30,214 nucleotides of DNA, from IMG/VR virus record IMGVR_UViG_2541047931_000006, one strand, 5' to 3'. A program made the translations under genes and the position numbers. This document shows positions 8,091 to 16,506 of this stretch, piece by piece. This DNA comes from a virus. Taxonomy: Duplodnaviria > Heunggongvirae > Uroviricota > Caudoviricetes. Every line of letters begins with the position of its first letter. The stretch's first letter is position 1. The notes under the pieces are model-generated. The model saw only the letters and a list, made by a program, of their open reading frames with translations. It did not search any database and had not been told where the DNA came from.

Positions 8091-8837
8091 ATGAAAAACA
8101 TTGCGGCAGTTGGGGTTCTTGAACGTATTCGCAGACTTGCACCACAGGGGGCGGTTCCACCGTACCGGACGGTGGAGGAGTGGCGGGAATGGCAACTTGC
8201 TGAAGGACGAAAACGCAGCGAGGAGATTAACCGCCAGAATCGCCAGTTGCGGGTGGAAAAAATCCTGAATCGTTCGGGCATCCAGCCTCTGCACAGCAAA
8301 TGCTCGTTTGCAAATTATCAGGTGCAGAACGACGGGCAAAAATACGCGCTGAGCCAGGCCAAATCCATAGCTGACGAACTGATGACCGGGTGCACGAATT
8401 TTGTGTTCAGCGGTAAAACCGGCACCGGGAAAAATCACCTTGCAGCGGCGATGGGCAACCGGCTGATGGTGAAGGGGCGCAGCGTGATTATCGTCACCGT
8501 GTCTGACGTCATGAGCGTGTTGCATGACAGCTACGACAACGGCAAATCCGGGGAAAAATTTTTACAGGAGCTTTGCGGGGTTGATTTGCTGGTCCTGGAT
8601 GAAATAGGCGTTCAGCGGGAGACGAAAAACGAGCAGGTGGTATTGCACCAGATAATTGATCGCCGGACAGCATCACTGTGCAGTGTCGGGATGTTAACAA
8701 ACCTGAATCATGCCGCAATGAGTACGCTTCTTGGTGAGAGGATTATGGACCGCATGACCATGAACGGTGGTCGATGGGTGACGTTTAACTGGGATAGCTG
8801 GCGTCCAAATGTCAGCAATATGAGGGTTGTGAAGTAA
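8091..8837 (+). CDS. DnaC-like helicase loader (IstB-like AAA+ ATPase)
   Basis: 248-aa ORF; Walker A GKTGTGKNH and Walker B LLVLDEIG visible; directly downstream of the initiator, as ydaV in Rac and P in lambda. Confidence 0.85.
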   Translation: MKNIAAVGVLERIRRLAPQGAVPPYRTVEEWREWQLAEGRKRSEEINRQNRQLRVEKILNRSGIQPLHSKCSFANYQVQNDGQKYALSQAKSIADELMTGCTNFVFSGKTGTGKNHLAAAMGNRLMVKGRSVIIVTVSDVMSVLHDSYDNGKSGEKFLQELCGVDLLVLDEIGVQRETKNEQVVLHQIIDRRTASLCSVGMLTNLNHAAMSTLLGERIMDRMTMNGGRWVTFNWDSWRPNVSNMRVVK

Positions 8838-8858
8838 TTTTGTCCGGAGGAAATTTTA

Positions 8859-9629
8859 ATGGAAACCGTATCTGACGCACTGAAAGCACTGAAAAAAGCC
8901 TCTTCACATGTGGTGGCAGCTCGCCTTGGAATCAGTCGTGAAGAGGCTGTCAACGAGCTGTGGGAACTCAAAAGAAAAGGCGTCGTTGATAAAACTGGTC
9001 ACACCTGGTTTCTGGCTGGCGAAGGTGAATCCCGGGTAACCGAAGAGCGGCCAGTAAAATCTGAAGCACAGGATATGCTGACCGGGGAGGTCGAACAAAA
9101 AGTTACCGCAGACATGATGATTGAGTTTATCGGTCAGGATGGGGCTAAAACGTGTGAGGAACTGGCGGGTAAGTTCGGTGTCAGTACTCGCAAGGTTGCT
9201 TCCACGCTGGCGGTGGTAACCGCAACGGGGCGGCTGGCACGCGTTAATCAGAACGGTAAATTTCGTTACTGCATGCCGGGCGATAATTTACCAGCAGAGC
9301 CGAAAGCCGCGCTGGTAACGGAAAGTGATGGTAAGGCCTTTCCTCAGCCAGCAGGTGCTGCGTTACCAGTCCGGGAAGCCGCAACACAGGAAGAAATTAA
9401 AACAGAAACTGTGGCGGACATTGTGCAGCCGTTGCCATCGTTTACCGAAACGCAAGCAGATGAGCTGATTTTTCCGTCCCTTCGCAGGGCAAACCTGGCG
9501 CTGCGCAGGGCGAAAAGTGATGTTCAGAAGTGGGAGCGAGTCTGCGCCGCGCTGCGGGAGCTGAACAAGCACCGGGATATTGTTCGACAGATTACTGATT
9601 CTTCCCGCCGTGTTGTATCGGAAAAGTGA
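8859..9629 (+). CDS. Hypothetical phage protein with two winged-helix-like segments
   Basis: 256-aa ORF with RBS GGAGG; two segments resembling wHTH (ALKKASSHVVAARLGISREEAVNEL and CEELAGKFGVSTRKVASTL). Confidence 0.5.
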   Translation: METVSDALKALKKASSHVVAARLGISREEAVNELWELKRKGVVDKTGHTWFLAGEGESRVTEERPVKSEAQDMLTGEVEQKVTADMMIEFIGQDGAKTCEELAGKFGVSTRKVASTLAVVTATGRLARVNQNGKFRYCMPGDNLPAEPKAALVTESDGKAFPQPAGAALPVREAATQEEIKTETVADIVQPLPSFTETQADELIFPSLRRANLALRRAKSDVQKWERVCAALRELNKHRDIVRQITDSSRRVVSEK

Positions 9630-9644
9630 TTGCCGGAGGCGCTT

Positions 9645-10070
9645 ATGGCAAAAGTATTTACACAAGAAGAGCGGGAAAAAATTAAAGGGCAGGTTGTTGA
9701 ACTTGTACGTCTGAGCGGTCGCGAGACGTTGCGGCAACTGGAAGCCAGGACAGGTGCGACAAGATATCTGATGAGTGTTCTCGCCAGAGAGCTGGTTGCC
9801 AGTGGCGATGTATACAACTCTGGTTACGGGTTATTCCCGTCTGAACAGGCGCGTAAGGACTGGCAAAATGCTCGCAAAAAACTCTCAAGGGCAAAGGTGA
9901 AGAAACCTGCAGTGGTTGATCCGGACCTTATCTGGTCGTTACCAGACGGCGAAATACGCCGCTACGACAGGCGCCTGAATATAATCTGTCGCGAGTGCCG
10001 GAAGAGCGAAGCTATGCAGCGTGCACTGGCATTTTATCAAGGAAATGTTAGGTATTTTAGACGTTACTAG
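9645..10070 (+). CDS. Hypothetical phage protein
   Basis: 141 aa from the ATG at 9645 preceded by GGAGG; no recognisable family. Confidence 0.45.
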   Translation: MAKVFTQEEREKIKGQVVELVRLSGRETLRQLEARTGATRYLMSVLARELVASGDVYNSGYGLFPSEQARKDWQNARKKLSRAKVKKPAVVDPDLIWSLPDGEIRRYDRRLNIICRECRKSEAMQRALAFYQGNVRYFRRY

Positions 10071-10223
10071 ATTAAAGAGCATTAGTTCAGATGTGAATTG
10101 ACATTTTCATGGCGCAGGGTAGAGCCAGCGTGGTTGTCCGCTTTGCGTCAAAACCAGATATTACCAGATTTAGACATATATTCCCGATAGACCTGCTCTG
10201 ATGCTACACTCTGTGCTATTTTC

Positions 10224-10910
10224 ATGACCCCAATAAAAATATTTATGACTATTGCTGATTTCAAACGGCCTAAATTGGAGCTCCCAAACGGGGCAAACAA
10301 ACTACTACTGCACTCTTGCTGTGCTCCATGTTCCGGTGAAGTGATGGAGGCGCTTCAGGCCTCGGGAATCGACTACACCATCTTTTTCTACAACCCGAAC
10401 ATTCATCCTCAGAAAGAGTATTTAATTCGTAAGGATGAAAATATTCGCTTTGCTGAACAACACGGCGTGCCGTTTATCGATGCTGATTACGACACCGACA
10501 ACTGGTTTGAACGTGCCAAAGGAATGGAATGGGAGCCTGAGAGGGGGATCCGTTGTACCATGTGTTTTGACATGCGTTTTGAGCGGACAGCGTTGTACGC
10601 TGCTGAAAATGGTTTCAGTGTGATCAGCAGTTCACTGGGCATTTCACGCTGGAAAAATATGCAGCAGGTTAACGAGTGTGGGCGGCGAGCTGTTGCGCAT
10701 TATCCGGGTATGGTGTACTGGGATTATAACTGGCGCAAGCAGGGCGGCTCGTCCCGTATGATTGAAATCAGCAAGCGCGAAAAATTCTATCAGCAGGAAT
10801 ATTGTGGCTGTGTGTATTCTCTGCGCGATACCAATCTACACCGCAAATCTCAGGGACGCCCTCTTATCAAAATTGGCCAACTCCACTACGGAAAAGAAGA
10901 GAAGGAGTGA
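10224..10910 (+). CDS. QueH-like protein (DUF208, putative epoxyqueuosine reductase)
   Basis: 228-aa ORF with the motif [14 protein letters not shown] near the N-terminus and further conserved Cys (CTMCFD, CGCVY); matches my recollection of the DUF208/QueH signature; not verified by search. Confidence 0.55.
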   Translation: MTPIKIFMTIADFKRPKLELPNGANKLLLHSCCAPCSGEVMEALQASGIDYTIFFYNPNIHPQKEYLIRKDENIRFAEQHGVPFIDADYDTDNWFERAKGMEWEPERGIRCTMCFDMRFERTALYAAENGFSVISSSLGISRWKNMQQVNECGRRAVAHYPGMVYWDYNWRKQGGSSRMIEISKREKFYQQEYCGCVYSLRDTNLHRKSQGRPLIKIGQLHYGKEEKE

Positions 10911-11147
10911 TTTTATGGATCACCTTTCTGATTGATTTCATATTGGCGAGGTGACGTGAGTTAAGTAGAATGGCTGCGGGTGCTTGAGGCTATCTGTCTC
11001 AGGCATGAACACTGAAAGGCAGATAGAGAAAAGCCCCAGTTAACATTTCGCGTCCTGCAAGACGCTTAACATTAATCTGAGGCCCAATCTATGTCTCACA
11101 AATGTAGGTTAGCCTCTTACGTGCCGAAAGGCAAGGGGAAGCAGGCT

Positions 11148-11303
11148 ATGAAGCAGCAAAAGGCGATGTTAATCGCCCTGATCGTCATCTGTTTAACCGT
11201 CATAGTGACGGCACTGGTAACGAGGAAAGACCTCTGCGAGGTACGACTCCGAACCGGCCAGACGGAGGTCGCTGTCTTCACAGCTTACGAACCTGAGGAG
11301 TAA
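11148..11303 (+). CDS. Hok/Gef-family membrane toxin (HokD/RelF-like)
   Basis: 51-aa product MKQQKAMLIALIVICLTVIVTALVTRKDLCEVRLRTGQTEVAVFTAYEPEE; RBS AAGGGGAA; the ORF track shows an in-frame upstream extension from 11091. Confidence 0.85.
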   Translation: MKQQKAMLIALIVICLTVIVTALVTRKDLCEVRLRTGQTEVAVFTAYEPEE

Positions 11304-11372
11304 GAGACCTGGCGGGGGAGAAATCCCTCGCCACCTCTGATGTGTCAGGCATCCTCAACGCACCCGCACTTA

Positions 11373-11399
11373 ACCCGCTTCGGCGGGTTTTGTTTTTTT
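11373..11399 (+). terminator. Rho-independent terminator downstream of hok
   Basis: ACCCGC-TTCG-GCGGGT hairpin (UUCG tetraloop) followed by TTTTGTTTTTTT. Confidence 0.7.
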
Positions 11400-11470
11400 C
11401 TGGCATTCTGGTTTACAATTCGCACGTCAGCCTGAACACCTGACACCTGCTGCGCCAGCAGAGAAAACAG

Positions 11471-11743
11471 ATGGCGCACAAAACCAAATTTCACAATTCT
11501 GATACCGACCTTGCCATCCGGCATGGGCGGCGTTCACACGCATTTAAAACCGACTGGTACCAACACCCACCATGTACTGAAGAACAGGCCGAATGGCTAA
11601 TTCATAACTACCGCAGACGCGGATACGAGATTAAGAAAGCCCTCAGCCTCGATTATCGTCACTGGATAATCTCCGTCAGGCTTCCTTACTCTGAACGCCC
11701 ACCGCGTCCGTCCCGCACATTCCAGCAACGCATCTGGAGGTAA
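11471..11743 (+). CDS. Hypothetical protein
   Basis: 90-aa ORF between hok and the DUF968-like gene; basic, Arg-rich; no recognisable family. Confidence 0.4.
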   Translation: MAHKTKFHNSDTDLAIRHGRRSHAFKTDWYQHPPCTEEQAEWLIHNYRRRGYEIKKALSLDYRHWIISVRLPYSERPPRPSRTFQQRIWR

Positions 11744-11744
11744 C

Positions 11745-12800
11745 GTGCGGGTATTACTTCGACCTGTTCTGGTACCGGAACTCGGGCTGGTGATCGTTAA
11801 GCCGGGCCGTGAATCCATGCCGGTATTCCACAATACCCGGGTACTGGTGGAGCCGGAACCGAAAAGCATGCGTAATCTGCCGTCCGGGGTCGTTCCTGCC
11901 GTTCGCCAGCCGCTGGCGGAGGATAAATCATTACTGCCATTTTTCAGCGACGAACGAGTGATTCGTGCTGCTGGTGGCGCTGGCGCATTGTCTGACTGGT
12001 TACTGCGCCATGTTAAATCCTGCCAGTGGCCACACGGCGATTATCACCACAGTGAAACCGTCATTCACCGTTATGGTACCGGCGCAATGGTGTTGTGCTG
12101 GCACTGCGACAACCAGCTGCGCGACCAGACCTCCGAATCACTCGGGCAACTTGCTCACCAAAACCTGTCTGCATGGATGATTGACGTCATACGCCATGCA
12201 ATGAATGGCTCGCAGGAACGGGAATTATCGCTGGCTGAATTATCCTGGTGGGCGGTCCGCAATCAGGTGGCGGACGCGCTACCGGAAGCGGTATTACGTC
12301 GTTCGCTGGGGTTGCGTGCGGAAAAAATCCGCTCAATGTACCGTGAAAGCGACATCGTACCGGGAGAGCAGACCGCCACCAGCATACTGAAGCAGCGCAC
12401 AAAAAATCTTGCGCCGCTGCCTCACGCCCACCAGCAAAACCCGCCACAGGAAAAGACGGTGGTCAGCATTGCCGTTGATCCGGAGTCACCGGCTCAGTAT
12501 CTCCAGCGCCAGAAATCACAACGGGAAGAGATGCCTGTATACACGCGTTGGGTAAAAACGCAGAAATGCATGACGTGTGGCAATCAGGCAGATGATCCGC
12601 ATCACATCATTGGTCATGGACTGGGAGGGATGGGAACAAAGGCTGATGATTTGTTTGTTATTCCGCTGTGCCGTAAATGCCATAGCGAACTACACGCCGG
12701 GGTAAAAGATTTTGAAGAAAAACACGGCAGCCAGCTGTTGTTGCTGATTCGTTTTTTAATGCACGCGAGAAATTCGGGTGTTCTGAAGTGGAAAGCATAA
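11745..12800 (+). CDS. DUF968-like phage protein with C-terminal HNH/zinc-binding-like motif
   Basis: 351-aa ORF, GTG start after GGAGG; C-terminus CMTCGNQADDPHHIIGHGLGG...IPLCRKCHSELH resembles the YbcO/DUF1364 nuclease-like Cys/His pattern; size and position match YdfU of Qin. Confidence 0.55.
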   Translation: MRVLLRPVLVPELGLVIVKPGRESMPVFHNTRVLVEPEPKSMRNLPSGVVPAVRQPLAEDKSLLPFFSDERVIRAAGGAGALSDWLLRHVKSCQWPHGDYHHSETVIHRYGTGAMVLCWHCDNQLRDQTSESLGQLAHQNLSAWMIDVIRHAMNGSQERELSLAELSWWAVRNQVADALPEAVLRRSLGLRAEKIRSMYRESDIVPGEQTATSILKQRTKNLAPLPHAHQQNPPQEKTVVSIAVDPESPAQYLQRQKSQREEMPVYTRWVKTQKCMTCGNQADDPHHIIGHGLGGMGTKADDLFVIPLCRKCHSELHAGVKDFEEKHGSQLLLLIRFLMHARNSGVLKWKA

Positions 12801-13166
12801 ATGACTGAACGCATAGAATTTGTTTTGCCTTACCCGCCAACGGTGAACACTTACTGGCGACGTCGTGGCAGCACATATTTTGTATCAAAAGTCGGTGAGC
12901 GTTATCGCCGTGATGTGGCGCTTATTGTTCGCCAGCAGCAACTGAAATTAAACCTGTCCGGAAGGCCGGCAATAGAAATTATTGCAGAGCCACCGGATAA
13001 GCGCCGTCGTGACCTGGACAATATCCTGAAGGCACCACTGGATGTACTGACGCATGCGGGGCTGCTCATAGACGACGAGCAGTTTGATGAAATTAATATT
13101 GTGCGCGGTCAGCTTGTTCCTGGTGGGCGGTTGGGGATAAAAATCACAGAACTGGAGTACGCATGA
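12801..13166 (+). CDS. rusA: RusA Holliday junction resolvase
   Basis: 121-aa ORF with the RusA motif DKRRRDLDNILKA and the typical N-terminus (LPYPPTVNTYWRRR); abuts the upstream gene. Confidence 0.85.
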   Translation: MTERIEFVLPYPPTVNTYWRRRGSTYFVSKVGERYRRDVALIVRQQQLKLNLSGRPAIEIIAEPPDKRRRDLDNILKAPLDVLTHAGLLIDDEQFDEINIVRGQLVPGGRLGIKITELEYA

Positions 13167-13852
13167 ATAACCAGTATTTACAGTTTGTTCGTGAGCAACT
13201 CATGATTGCCACCGCCGATTTGAGTGGATCAACAAAAGGGCAGCTTGAGGCCTGGCAGGAGAATGCCATGTTTGATACAGGGCGTTACAGGCGTAAAAAA
13301 ATCCGGTACCGCGATGAAGTGACTGGAAAAATGATAACGCGGGATAATCCACCAATCCCGGGAAAGCAATCGCTGGCGAAGGGGGCGTCAATTCCTCTCG
13401 TCAGTCCGGTTGAGTTTTCGACATCATCGTGGCGGCGGGCTGTTCTGTCTCTTGAAGAACATCATAAAGGCTGGTTGTTGTGGTGTTACAGCGGGAGTAT
13501 TTGTTGGGAATATCAGATCGCGATAACGCAGTGGGTGTGGAATGAATTTAAAACCCGGTACGGCACCAGAAAAATTGCAGGGAAAACGCAGGAGCGCGTG
13601 AAGAAGTTGATCTGGCTGGCGGCACAGGATGTCAGAGGATGGATTACCGGGTGTGAGGTCTACCAGAGACAGGAGCTTGCCAGACTGTGTGGAGTTAAGC
13701 CTGATAACTGGAGCCATAATTATGCGAACTACTGGCGTGAGATGTGCGATATTTTTAAGAGTCTCGATAGAGAATCTGTGATTTGCACCGTGAAAATAAG
13801 AGCGCAACAAAAAGCGACTTTTTCACGACGAGATATTGCAAAAGTCAATTAA
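13163..13852 (+). CDS. Putative late-gene antiterminator (Q-like)
   Basis: 229-aa ORF overlapping the rusA stop (ATGA); sits where Q lies in lambdoid phages, before a terminator and the late region; assignment is positional. Confidence 0.45.
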   Translation: MNNQYLQFVREQLMIATADLSGSTKGQLEAWQENAMFDTGRYRRKKIRYRDEVTGKMITRDNPPIPGKQSLAKGASIPLVSPVEFSTSSWRRAVLSLEEHHKGWLLWCYSGSICWEYQIAITQWVWNEFKTRYGTRKIAGKTQERVKKLIWLAAQDVRGWITGCEVYQRQELARLCGVKPDNWSHNYANYWREMCDIFKSLDRESVICTVKIRAQQKATFSRRDIAKVN

Positions 13853-13913
13853 ATAGCGTACGTTTCGTATAAATCTGATATTTTGCCGATTTTGTACGCG
13901 ATGGCAAAGTAAG

Positions 13914-13944
13914 AAAAAAAACTGCCGTCAGGCGGTTTTTTTTA
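13914..13944. terminator. Hairpin flanked by A8 and T8 tracts (bidirectional terminator-like)
   Basis: AAAAAAAA-CTGCC-GTCA-GGCGG-TTTTTTTT read directly, about 60 bp after the Q-like gene. Confidence 0.5.
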
Positions 13945-14065
13945 TGCCCAAAATCGCGTCAGTACAGTAAACACGCTGGTGGTTGCGAATACGGGTCTTT
14001 CAGCTTGCTGGCTTTTTCGACAAGAGTTATTGGTATGTCACGTTAACCGGAAAAAGGAAAAAGAC

Positions 14066-14263
14066 ATGCTAAAACAGCAGGATATGACAGAAACCGCCAG
14101 AGTGGTGTTTAATGAATTAAGCGTTACTGAACCGGCGACAGTCGGGGAGATAGCGCAGAATACTTACCTTTCACGCGAACGCTGCCAGTTAATACTGACC
14201 CAGCTGGTTATGGCGGGTCTGGCAGACTATCAGTTCGGTTGTTACAGACGCCTTCAGTCCTGA
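14066..14263 (+). CDS. Hypothetical small protein (possible wHTH)
   Basis: 65 aa from the ATG at 14066 preceded by AAAAAGGAAAAAG; no recognisable family. Confidence 0.4.
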   Translation: MLKQQDMTETARVVFNELSVTEPATVGEIAQNTYLSRERCQLILTQLVMAGLADYQFGCYRRLQS

Positions 14264-14413
14264 AGGCTTTTTTATTTGTGGTAAATGGGCGGCTGGTGGG
14301 TGTTAGGGGCACCCACCAGCCATCTGCTCATGCGTTGGGTTCACAAGCAAACCTCAGGCCCACTGCTTTGCGCAAAAGCAGAATGAGCCTATCAGAGACA
14401 GGCTTAATGATCC

Positions 14414-15463
14414 ATGCTTAATACTGTAAAAATATCCAGTTGTGAGTTAATCAACGCCGACTGCCTGGAATTTATCCGGTCGTTACCCGAAAATTCTGTT
14501 GACCTGATAGTCACGGACCCGCCGTACTTTAAAGTGAAGCCTGAGGGCTGGGATAACCAGTGGAAGAGCGACGATGATTACCTGAAGTGGCTGGACCAGT
14601 GTCTGGCGCAGTTCTGGCGGGTGCTGAAACCTGTCGGAAGTCTTTACCTGTTCTGTGGTCATCGCCTGGCATCTGATATCGAAATCATGATGCGTGAACG
14701 CTTCAGTGTGCTGAACCATATTATCTGGGCGAAGCCGTCCGGACGCTGGAACGGATGCAACAAGGAAAGCCTGCGGGCGTATTTCCCCGCCACAGAGCGC
14801 ATTCTGTTCGCGGAACATTATCAGGGGCCGTATCGTCCGAAAGATGCCGGGTATGCGGCGAAGGGCAGTGCACTGAAACAGCATGTGATGGCCCCGCTGA
14901 TTTCTTACTTTCGTGATGCGCGCGCTGCCCTGGGGATAACGGCAAAACAGATTGCAGATGCCACAGGAAAGAAAAACATGGTGTCGCACTGGTTCAGTGC
15001 CAGTCAGTGGCAGCTACCGAACGAAAGCGATTATCTGAAATTACAGTCGCTGTTTGCCCGGGTGGCAGAAGAGAAACATCAGCGCGGTGAACTGGAAAAG
15101 CCCCACCACCAGCTGGTGGATACGTATACGTCACTGAACCGGCAGTATGTGGAGCTGCAGAGTGAATATAAGCATCTGCGGCGGTATTTTGGTGTGACGG
15201 CGCAGGTGCCGTACACGGATGTGTGGACACATAAACCGGTGCAGTTCTATCCCGGGAAACATCCGTGCGAAAAACCGGCAGAAATGCTGCAGCAGATAAT
15301 CAGCGCAAGCAGTCGTCCGGGTGACCTGGTTGCAGATTTTTTTATGGGCTCAGGTTCAACGGTAAAAGCGGCACTGGCGCTCGGGCGTCGTGCGATTGGC
15401 GTTGAACTGGAGACCGGACGTTTTGAGCAGACAGTCAGGGAAGTTCAGGATTTAATCGTTTGA
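14414..15463 (+). CDS. DNA methyltransferase, beta-class amino-MTase (N6-adenine or N4-cytosine), orphan
   Basis: 349-aa ORF; DPPY motif (VDLIVTDPPYF) near the N-terminus and an FxGxG AdoMet-binding motif (FFMGSGSTVKAA) near the C-terminus; no adjacent restriction endonuclease gene. Confidence 0.8.
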   Translation: MLNTVKISSCELINADCLEFIRSLPENSVDLIVTDPPYFKVKPEGWDNQWKSDDDYLKWLDQCLAQFWRVLKPVGSLYLFCGHRLASDIEIMMRERFSVLNHIIWAKPSGRWNGCNKESLRAYFPATERILFAEHYQGPYRPKDAGYAAKGSALKQHVMAPLISYFRDARAALGITAKQIADATGKKNMVSHWFSASQWQLPNESDYLKLQSLFARVAEEKHQRGELEKPHHQLVDTYTSLNRQYVELQSEYKHLRRYFGVTAQVPYTDVWTHKPVQFYPGKHPCEKPAEMLQQIISASSRPGDLVADFFMGSGSTVKAALALGRRAIGVELETGRFEQTVREVQDLIV

Positions 15464-15512
15464 AACGGATGAGATTGCAGAATTAATTACGCACCATTAT
15501 TATTCTGCTCCC

Positions 15513-15588
15513 GGCCCTTTAGCTCAGTGGTGAGAGCGAGCGACTCATAATCGCCAGGTCGCTGGTTCAAATCCAGCAAGGGCCACCA
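15513..15588 (+). tRNA. tRNA with anticodon CAU (Met, or Ile if lysidine-modified; ileZ-like)
   Basis: Cloverleaf folded by hand: acceptor GGCCCTT/AAGGGCC, D-arm GCTC/GAGC, anticodon loop CTCATAA, T-arm GCTGG-TTCAAAT-CCAGC, 3' ACCA. Confidence 0.85.
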
Positions 15589-15595
15589 TCACATA

Positions 15596-15672
15596 CCGCC
15601 ATTAGCTCATCAGGAAAGAGCGCCAGCTTTCGAAGCTGGTTGCGCGGAGTTCGGGTCCCCGAAGGCGGTCCA
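15596..15672 (+). tRNA. tRNA-Arg-like (anticodon UCG) with atypical T-arm
   Basis: Hand fold: D-arm GCTC/GAGC, perfect anticodon stem CCAGC/GCTGG with loop TTTCGAA, 3' TCCA; acceptor and T-stem each have one mismatch and the T-loop TTCGGGT lacks the usual A58. Confidence 0.55.
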
Positions 15673-15685
15673 TTATCTGTATCCT

Positions 15686-15762
15686 GCGTTGTTAGCTCAG
15701 CCGGACAGAGCAATTGCCTTCTAAGCAATCGGTCACTGGTTCGAATCCAGTACAACGCGCCA
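15686..15762 (+). tRNA. tRNA-Arg (anticodon UCU)
   Basis: Hand fold: acceptor GCGTTGT/ACAACGC, D-arm GCTC/GAGC, anticodon stem ATTGC/GCAAT with loop CTTCTAA, T-arm ACTGG-TTCGAAT-CCAGT, 3' GCCA. Confidence 0.85.
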
Positions 15763-15777
15763 CACTTATTTTCCCTG

Positions 15778-15800
15778 GCTCGCTTTTGCGGGCTTTTTTT
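15778..15800 (+). terminator. Rho-independent terminator after the tRNA cluster
   Basis: GCTCGC-TTTT-GCGGGC hairpin (one G-U pair) followed by T7. Confidence 0.65.
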
Positions 15801-15805
15801 AAATG

Positions 15806-16020
15806 TCTCACAATTCAGGCGGTTGACTGTTGTCTGGTTTGCGGGGAGTTTGTTAAAAGAAACTGGCATGGTGAATCCCCCTGTGCGGAGGGGCAATCAG
15901 CGAGTAGGTATATGGGATAATCGCGGATTCAGGTGCTGGTACTGAATTCACCGGGAGGCACCCGGCACCATGCAATGGCACATAGCGCCACTCTCCAGCC
16001 CCTCTCCGGAGGGGCTTTTC
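15806..16020 (+). repeat. Structured non-coding module, copy 1
   Basis: Shares with copy 2 the blocks CTCACAATTCAG, TTGAC(T/A), TTTGTTAAAA, CATGGTGAATCCCCCTG(T/A)GCGGAGGGGC, TGAA(T/C)TCACCGGGAGGCACCCGGCACCATG and the terminal hairpin AGCCCCTCTCCGGAGGGGCTTT. Confidence 0.6.
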
Positions 16021-16273
16021 TGTGCCGGATACATCACAGTTTCTGGAACCTTAGGTACTACAGTATCAGTCAGGGTGCTATATTTTCAGATGTGATGAAA
16101 GCCTGTCAGCAGGCAGGGCGTATCGGAAATGACCCAGTAGAGAAAACGTTGACTCAGATACCGGTGCTGAGTTACCGGGAAACCGGCATCACATGACCGC
16201 TATCCTTCCAGGCCCATCCGCTCCGGTGGGCCTTTTTACTGCAGAAAACAGGTTCCCCGTTAAATGCTATGTT

Positions 16274-16506
16274 GCTCACAATTCAGTAAGTTGACAGTTG
16301 CCTGTCAGACTGGGCATTTGTTAAAAAAATTTCGCATGGTGAATCCCCCTGAGCGGAGGGGCGACTGGTGACGGTATAATCTCTGATTATCAAAACGAGA
16401 ATGACGCGGGTTTAGTGGCACCGGGCTGAACTCACCGGGAGGCACCCGGCACCATGTGCATGATGATACAGATACGCGGCTTTAGCCCCTCTCCGGAGGG
16501 GCTTTC
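16274..16506 (+). repeat. Structured non-coding module, copy 2
   Basis: Second copy of the same block set; carries a consensus TTGACA and a TATAAT hexamer; ends in the GCCCCTC-TCCG-GAGGGGC hairpin plus T-run; the flanking ACAAAAAAA-GCCCGCG...CGCGGGC hairpin would be a terminator on the minus strand. Confidence 0.6.

Noticed and set aside
7677-8525. 282-aa minus-strand ORF from the track.
   Set aside because: Antisense to the O-like initiator and DnaC-like genes, which have clear motifs and RBSs; composition (His/Arg/Pro-rich) is not protein-like.
10911-11090. Imperfect inverted repeat (CTATCTG...CAGATAG) downstream of the QueH-like gene, considered as a terminator.
   Set aside because: Only a 7-bp stem with a ~23-nt loop and no T-run; more likely part of the hok leader region than a terminator.
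15806-16506. Considered whether the two ~220-bp repeats could be a CRISPR array.
   Set aside because: Only two copies, each far longer than a CRISPR repeat, diverged in sequence and separated by about 250 bp of unique DNA; no cas genes nearby.
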